Below are positions 56,365 through 64,000 of a stretch of DNA of 64,000 nucleotides, piece after piece; position 1 is the stretch's first letter; each line of letters begins with the position of its first letter. The translations under genes were made by a program, and so were the position numbers. Where the stretch lies: assembly GCA_951406725.2 (NCBI GenBank), contig OX597818.1, positions 83,948,001 to 84,012,000 on the forward strand. Direction: 5' to 3'. Below the pieces are notes generated by a model. The model worked only from the letters and a program-made list of their open reading frames with translations, was not told the DNA's origin and did no database searches. The stretch is from Octopus vulgaris (lineage: Eukaryota).

Positions 56365-56435
<71 letters not shown>

Positions 56436-56650
56436 CTTTGTATGTGAGTTTGTCCATCACCACCGCTTGACAACCGGTGATGTCCCTGTAACTTAGCGGT
56501 TCAGCAAAATGGATTGATAGATTAAGTACCAGGTTTAAAAAGACAACAAGTACTAGGGTTGATTAGTTCGACTAAATTTTACTCTATGCGGTGCCCCAGC
56601 ATTGCCGCAGTCTAATGACCGAAACAATTGAACGTTGAAGGATAAAAGAT
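55965..56650 (+). mobile_element. SINE family B with a nested hammerhead-like element (56200-56365) in its (TA)n
   Basis: Both SINE halves flank an insert bounded by (TA)n. Confidence 0.75.
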
Positions 56651-56977
56651 ATCTTGTGTGAAGTGTGGTTGAGTATTCAGTCGGTCTTACAATGTCTAGT
56701 TAAGCAACTTGTTAAGCATCATTTCGTTATAATAAAGTATATTTAACAAAACAAAATAAATCCTAGTTTTTTTTTAAACATATTTTACAATATATATATA
56801 TTTTAATTCTCCATGCAAATGGCGTCGATAAAATTTTTTACAGTTAAGATCTTGAGTGCTCTGAAACCAAAAAGATTATTAACTATTGCTTTACACAGTC
56901 TCATATGGACTCATTAACAAAATATTGACTGACATTCATGCAACCGCAAACCATCGTAGATTCAGAAAAATTATGAA

Positions 56978-57026
56978 AAGTCTTAATCGATTTTCGATCC
57001 TTCTTGAATTCTCATCAGAGGTGTTT
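56978..57026 (-). ncRNA. Minimal hammerhead motif with canonical core
   Basis: Minus strand: cCT-CTGATGA-GAATTC aagaa GGATC-GAAA-A TCGA T-TA^-AGac, with palindrome AATCGATT. Stem I is weak (2 bp plus distal A-U pairs). Confidence 0.5.
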
Positions 57027-57311
57027 ACATCAATTCGACCAAGCCCTGAAAAACAAGCAGCAATCTGTTAATTTGCTCAACAATTCAAGCAGCTAGAGGG
57101 ACCTGGTCCTACAAATTTGCATACCGTGTTAACACTTCAGATAATATTAGATGTGTGCGTGTGTGTTTCTTTGTCTGTGTTAGTCTCCTACCACAGCTTA
57201 TCAACCAGTTCTGTGTAACTTAGCGGCTAGGCAAAAGGGATCGTGAGGTATAAAACAAATATGACTGTGCCCCAGCCTGTCCGCAGTCTAAAGATTGACA
57301 CAAGTAGTAGT

Positions 57312-57380
<69 letters not shown>

Positions 57381-57719
57381 TTCAATACATACATATAAAT
57401 ATGTGGCTTAGTGGTTAGGGCATTCGTCTCACGATCGTAAACTCGTGAGTTCAATTTCCGGCGATGCGTGAGTCCTTGCGCAAGACACTTTATTTCATGT
57501 TGCTCTAATCCCCTCAAATGGCAGTACCTGTATATCAAAGGGCCAGCGTTGTCACACTGAACCTCCCTGAGAACTGTCTTAAGGGTACACGTGTCTGGGG
57601 AATGCTCATCCACTTGCACGTTAATTTGACGAGCATGCTGTTCGATTATTCGGATCGATCAACTAGAACCCTCGTCGTCACAACAGACGGAGTGCGATTA
57701 TATATATATATATACACAT

Positions 57720-60460
57720 TGGACGCACAGTCTGATCTCATTGCCTCTTCTAGTGAACTAACTCAGATTTTTCTCTATTATTCTTTTCTAATACTAAAGC
57801 TGGGCTAAATCTAATAGACTCAGATATGATGGCTCTGTTTAGGGCGTACCACCAGTTATTATTGATGTTGGATCCTGTCAATGCCATTTGCACTAGATCC
57901 TTGATTCGTTCTCTGTAGACTTTGCACGCCAAGAATGACATGTTCAGCTTCCATAAACCGACAGAATCTATGTAAGTCTAGCTTACAGATCACAAATTGG
58001 TGACCCATATAGTTGACGATGTGAAATAGTGGACAGTTAAAGTTAATACGACCTGATAACCTTATAAAATCTCTATCTAGGTAACACCTGGATGACCCGA
58101 TGTTATTGGTCCATGCCCACATTAGAGCAGTCGAGTAATCCATTCTAAACCTGTCAGCCAGTTGAAAGCGACTGAGCAAGTTAGCGAGGCATGGGTCTTC
58201 TTTTCTATCTGTATTCAAGCCAACATAATCCACACGTGCATCTAGTATTGTGTTAAAGTCCCCTACTAATACTAAAGTGCGCGGGTACCAAGGAAGGTCT
58301 CTAGACGCCTGAAGTAGTCTGACTGCCCAGTGTCATTTGGTGCTTAGACAGCGACTAGTCTGCAAGAGTTACAACTACTACGATTCACATCAAGGACGAC
58401 CAGCTTGCTTTCTGAGTCTACAAAGATTGTTCTGATCTCTAAATCCATGTGTTTTCTGAGTAAGACCGCAGTTTCCACCACCACAACCTCTGGACTTGCA
58501 TGGAGATACGTAGATCTCGTAGCCATCGAAGAGGAGCAGGTAGGCCTTCGGCCTGATCAGCCAAATTCCGCTGGTGAGTATCTCATCTAGGTTCCATGAC
58601 CTGGGATCGTTTAGCAAGCGTGTTTGCTTCCAGTACGATCGCAGGCCACGCACATTCACGCTGGCAAGCTTGAGCGAGACTATGAGAGGAGAGGGAAGAA
58701 AAGTTTACTTACTCTTACTCTTCTGGGAAGGATGTAGGTAAATCATCTCTTCCCATTGTAGCTTGTGTGGGCATCCTCCATTAAATTAAGATACAGATAT
58801 TTTGTGAAAGCCAGCTGCAGGTGTCCAACATCGTCAGATTTCTCATTTAATTCAATGTATGAATGATTGTCTATGCGGATAAACTGGACGTGGTTGGGTA
58901 TTTGGAGGTGGGAGGTGGAAGTTTTGAATGTGGTTATGAAGGGACTCTTGTACGTATTTTCAACTAATGAAATTTTGTTGGTATTCCTGGATGTGATGTC
59001 GATGACAGTCTCTAGGGGTAGTGGTGCTGAAGTTTGTTATACTTGTGTAAGCGTGTGGGGCTGTGCATGCAGGAGGATGTGTGTCTGTGGACTGGAGGGC
59101 TGTTGGGGAACTGTTTTTTCTTTTGTGATTTTTTCTTCGCTCCTTTCGAGGTCGGTCGCGTCTGAGGTGTGGTCTTCTGTGGTAGTTGTGTGTCCTTGAC
59201 TGTGATGTTACTGGGGGAATTTTAGGTTGTCGTTCTCTTCGCTCCCTTAGTAGGGTCGTTAGTCTTTGTTGCTAGGACTGAGCTTGTATGTTTAGTGGTT
59301 TCGGGATTGTGAGCCATAGCATTAGTTTCAGCGTTCGTAGTTGAGTCTTCAGGCAGTGTAAGATCGTTAGGTTGAGGGTGACCCTTTGCTGATTGTTCCA
59401 GTGGGTATGTGGCCCTGATGTAACCTTACTGCCCACTGTAACACGTAGTGTTGTTTCATCGGATAATTTAATCAGTTCTGGGATGTATTCCAGATTCTTG
59501 TGGATTGCATGGATAAGGATTTCCAGGCGCCCACCAGTTTTGTTGATGTAGGTTGGTGACTTGCAGAAGAGATATTTTATTTTCTACGCCCCACAGGACA
59601 GCCGCTACCAGCCACACTACATCAATCTCTGGTGGAACCTCCCCTATTTTTTATTTTTGAGGTTCTCTTGCCCAGGTAAATGGGTGATAATACCAGCTCT
59701 GGTGATTTTAAGGGCACTGTGGAATATTTTTTTGCTTCTTCTTCGGTCGCAAACCTAATGTCCACACTGCCGTATATTTTTCCTATCGCAACACAGGTAG
59801 AGTTTTTCCATATTGCTTGTAAGTATTTTTCAATGCTTTACTTTTCTTCGTTTTTACAAAAAGCGTCTGGTATATGATTGTTTTTTTATGTTTGTCATAT
59901 GTATAATTTCGCCGGGTGGGGTTAGATTCACATTGGTTCCATCAGGTTTTAAAAAACTTCTGTATTTTTCAAGGTCTGTTGGGTTAATGCTTATAGTCTC
60001 ATGGTTCACAGTCGCTACAAACGTGAAACCGCGGCTGTTCCGTTTGTTTGTTTGTTTTTTCAGTTTCTTGGTGGTTGGTGTTTGGATTAGGGTGTCCTTG
60101 GCAGAATTTTCATCCTGTCCTGGGCAGAGAAGGTCAGGGAGCATTTCTTGGTACAGTTCGTTGAGCAGGTTGTCATGAACTTGGAAATTAGGGACGTTAC
60201 CTTCGCCTTGGCTGGACGCCACGATGCAGAGATTAATTGTGTAAAACTTTACACTAGAAAATGTACAATTCGCCCCTGAAAAGGGGAAATTCCTGGCACG
60301 ATACTTTAACTACTAGGCAGGTTTAGAATCGAAAATCAACAAAATTAGGAATGTATGAACACAGATTCGGTAAAGTAAATAGCAACACTTACCAGCAGAT
60401 AAAAAAACCATGTCCGTTCAGCAGAAATTGGCGGACAATCATACGTTGTCTAAGGACGGG
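57720..60460 (-). mobile_element. 5' half of a Tx1/L1-clade LINE (5'UTR, decayed ORF1, APE endonuclease); no RT
   Basis: LKLASVNVRGL, RLVAV*APN, LVLVGDFNTILD and WTN...YLDR are APE motifs (~57860-58680), with stops and frameshifts. ORF1 remnant at ~58750-60222. The 5' boundary is approximate. Confidence 0.88.
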
Positions 60461-60791
60461 AGATTCCTTGTTATATGTATATATGTGTGTGCGTGTATGT
60501 GTATGTGTGCGTGTGTGTATTTATGTGCTTCTAATAGTTTCATATGCTGAGAATTATCTCAAACATATTCATCTTCCTCAGGCATAAACCACATATCGTA
60601 ACGAAGTAAAAATTATATGTAGCTTGATGAATATGTTATGTATCTCAATACTTAAAACTATTAGTTGGTTATAAAAACATGTATTGTGTATATTAACATT
60701 TATCTATCACCAGATGGAGTACTTTTTTCTGTTCATCTTACCTTCACGGAACGGAACATTATATATATATATACATACATACATATATATA

Positions 60792-60827
<36 letters not shown>

Positions 60828-61742
60828 TGTATGTATGTATGTATGTATGTAGTGTGTGTGTGTATTTATATACATATACGAATCATTCTTCCACGTAAGC
60901 ATTTCTCAGACTACTTCTGCCTCGATCTTTCGTTTACATCATTTTCAGATGGACCTAAATGAAACAAACGTTTCTGTCTATACAATTGACATAGCATAGT
61001 AGTGAGTCTGACACAGCGTGTGCAACTAAGAAAATAATAGTTTTGTTGTTGCTATCCAATCAACCACCTCCACGGGCAATATCTTATCCAATCGAAACGC
61101 AACCAATCGGAATCACCATCGACAACAATCTACTCAGTTTGCTAAATAAATATATAAAGAATGAAAAAAAGAAAGAAAGGAAGGAAGGAAGAAAGAAAGA
61201 AAAAAATAAGAAACCAATAAAGAGATAAACAAATAGAACTACGAACCAACAAAGAAAACCGCAATTTATGATCAAATACATTATAGATCATTTAGATCTA
61301 TCAAACATCTTAATTTCCAGGTTATTGTTCCCAGAGCAATCTCGGAGACTTTACTGTTTGACATAGTCATTGTAATTCCACCAATCAACTATGGCTTCCA
61401 TGAAATTATTTCTTTGCATTCATATAAAAAAAATATGTGTACTATATACATACATAGACAAGAATGCACACACACACACAGACACATGTATATATATATA
61501 TATATATATACATATCTATATATGTGTGTATCTATGTATGTATATCCTTACATATACAAATGTATAATTTTGTATATACTTAAATATATTCATATAAGTG
61601 TATATACATAAATTCATATATATGTATGTATATATATATATATACATATACATATATACATATATATATATATATATTTATATATATATGTATATATTTA
61701 TATGCGTGTGTATAATAGATCATATTATCATATATCATATTG

Positions 61743-61773
<31 letters not shown>

Positions 61774-62368
61774 TAGCACATCTCCAGACACGGACATACA
61801 TTATGTGTATATGTCTACAAGTATGTGTGTGTGCGTATGCGTTTGTGTGCGTGTGTGGATGTTGGTGTGTTATATATTGTATATACGTATATCCATATCA
61901 ATGTTTTTCTATGTAAACATCGATATGTGTGTAATGGTGCATAAACACCCACACACGCACAAACAGGTATATATGTGTGTATTTATGTGAGAATCATGGG
62001 TATGTGTTAGTGCTGATATATTCATGTGTGAGTATATGTGTAGAACTGTTTCACAATGGATAAACGTTTCTGTTTGGCTTACCACGTATGTATGAATGTG
62101 TAGGCGTGTATGCTTATGTATATTAGTGCATATGTGTATATGTGTATACGTCCTGTGTATATGTGTATGTGTATACGTCCCTTGTGTAGCACGTCCTGTA
62201 ACTGTTTTTTTTCGTTTTCTTGTTTTTTGTTTTTTTGTTTTTCCCGTTTCTACGTCTTATTGTGGTGTCCTGTACTCACGTATAATTATTTATATATGCA
62301 TGTATATATACATGTAGATGTAGGTACGTACATATATGTTTTTATGTATGCATATATTTTTATTTATC

Positions 62369-62454
<86 letters not shown>

Positions 62455-62804
62455 GTGTGTGTCTATGCGAGTTATGAATGAAAGTGATTTAATAATGTAG
62501 AGGCGTTTGTGCCTTTTTAATAATATTCACTATAAATACCTAAACAATTATATAAATAAGGGACATAGCAAAATAATACAATAAAAAACTCAGAGAATAC
62601 ATATTATTGAAAAATCTAGTACTGCTGTTACTAGTAAATCTGTTCTGATGCAGTGGCTGCTACTGCTGCTGATACTAATCCTACTACTAATAATTACAAC
62701 AATAATGATACTGATATTATTAATACCAATACTGAATAATATTTTTGCTGCTGCTGTTACTACTACCACTAGTGCTGCTGCTGCTGCTACTACTACAAAT
62801 GTTT

Positions 62805-63287
62805 CTTATTTCTTTATTGCTTACAAGGGGTTAAACATAGAGGGGACAAACAAGGACAGACAAAGGGATTAAGTCGATTACATCGACACCAGTACGTAAC
62901 TGGTACTTATTTAATCGGCCCCGAAAGGATGAAAAGTAAAGTCGTCCTCGGTGGAATTTGTACTCAGGACGTAGCGGAGACGAAATACCACGAAGCATTT
63001 CGCCCGACGTGCTAATGTTTCTGCCAGCTCACCGCCTTACTACAAATATTTCTACCACCACTAATAATATCACTACAAAAAATAACATTAATAATAATAT
63101 TTTCGACTATAGGCACAAGTCCAGCATGTTCGAGTTGGGGATAGTCGACTACATCAACCTCGGTGAGCAACTGGTACTTAATTTATCAACTCCAAAGTGA
63201 TGAAAGCTAAATTCGACCTCGGCGGAATTTGTGCTCAGAACACGAAGACGGACGAAATATTGCTAAACATTCTGCCAGTTCACCGCC

Positions 63288-63289
<2 letters not shown>
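62805..63289 (-). mobile_element. Two adjacent SINE family A copies (62805-63038 and 63110-63289)
   Basis: Both carry the family core and end at ctgccag.tcaccgcct. Confidence 0.85.
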
Positions 63290-63365
<76 letters not shown>

Positions 63366-63368
63366 TTA

Positions 63369-63919
63369 AATGCCCTGGTGCAGTACCAGACGGTGGCTCT
63401 CGAGACTTCTGATGTTAACTGATTGGAAGTGTTATCATGTACATTGGTATAAAAGATGGACACAGCAAATATTCTGCTGAATACCACAGATTTGCTTGTC
63501 AGTTGTTTGACATTAACCAGTTGAGCATGTCCCTTAGTGGCTGACTATATGTGCATCTCTGATCAAGAGCAGAAGTAGTAGGGGAGTATCGTAGCCGTGT
63601 GTTGAAGGGAATTTTTGGAGGTTTGGATAATTCCCCTTTTGGAAACATGGGTGGTTCATTCAACATCCTTAAACAATCCTTATTCAGGGACCTTTTGAGC
63701 GGGATGGGCTACTTGACTTGAAGAAAATTCTAACTGGGCCAGACCTGCAAGGTCATGCACTGTTTATCTTGATATGAGATCACCATGTCGCACACATATG
63801 GTTGTGATGCATGTGCCTAGTGTACCCTTGTCAGACGGGTAGTCATGATGGGTATACTGGGCTTCGTATATTTTACCCCAGTGTTACTTTGATGGCATGC
63901 ACTGCTCTCTCGCTCACTC

Positions 63920-63920
<1 letters not shown>
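63369..63920 (+). mobile_element. ~550-bp interspersed repeat inserted in an (AAT)n microsatellite
   Basis: Flanked by (TAA)n at 63289-63365 and (AAT)n at 63920-63973. A second copy lies at 51600-52100. Confidence 0.88.
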
Positions 63921-63974
<54 letters not shown>

Positions 63975-64000
63975 GTAATGATTATAATAATCGCTTTATG

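Noticed and set aside
1-64000. Hundreds of ORFs rich in YI/HT/CV/YLSI/MYVC repeats
   Set aside because: They are translations of (TA)n, (CA)n, (CTAT)n and (TATG)n microsatellites that lack stops, with no coding signal.

Overview
AT-rich, repeat-saturated eukaryotic DNA that is intronic or intergenic. Microsatellite density and the SINE families point to an octopus/cephalopod genome (inference). No intact host CDS is visible, and almost all ORF-track entries are translated microsatellites. The window contains three tRNA-derived SINE families, decayed LINEs (CR1-like, RTE, Tx1/L1-like, RLE-type), Tc1/mariner relics (IR/DR Tc1 DD34E, a second Tc1, DD41D, a fold-back mariner) and non-autonomous Helitrons. 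The most notable signal is a set of unrelated minimal type-I hammerhead ribozyme motifs with a palindromic stem III (Penelope/retrozyme-like), several sitting in short elements embedded in microsatellites. One has an ~85-nt stem II (33353-33479) and one lies in a ~130-nt rod (9509-9639). Also noted: fold-back palindromes, a candidate SINE-LINE partner tail, an (AAT)n-embedded element, a duplicated promoter/signal-peptide-like unit and two weak exon candidates. All folds and alignments were done by eye.
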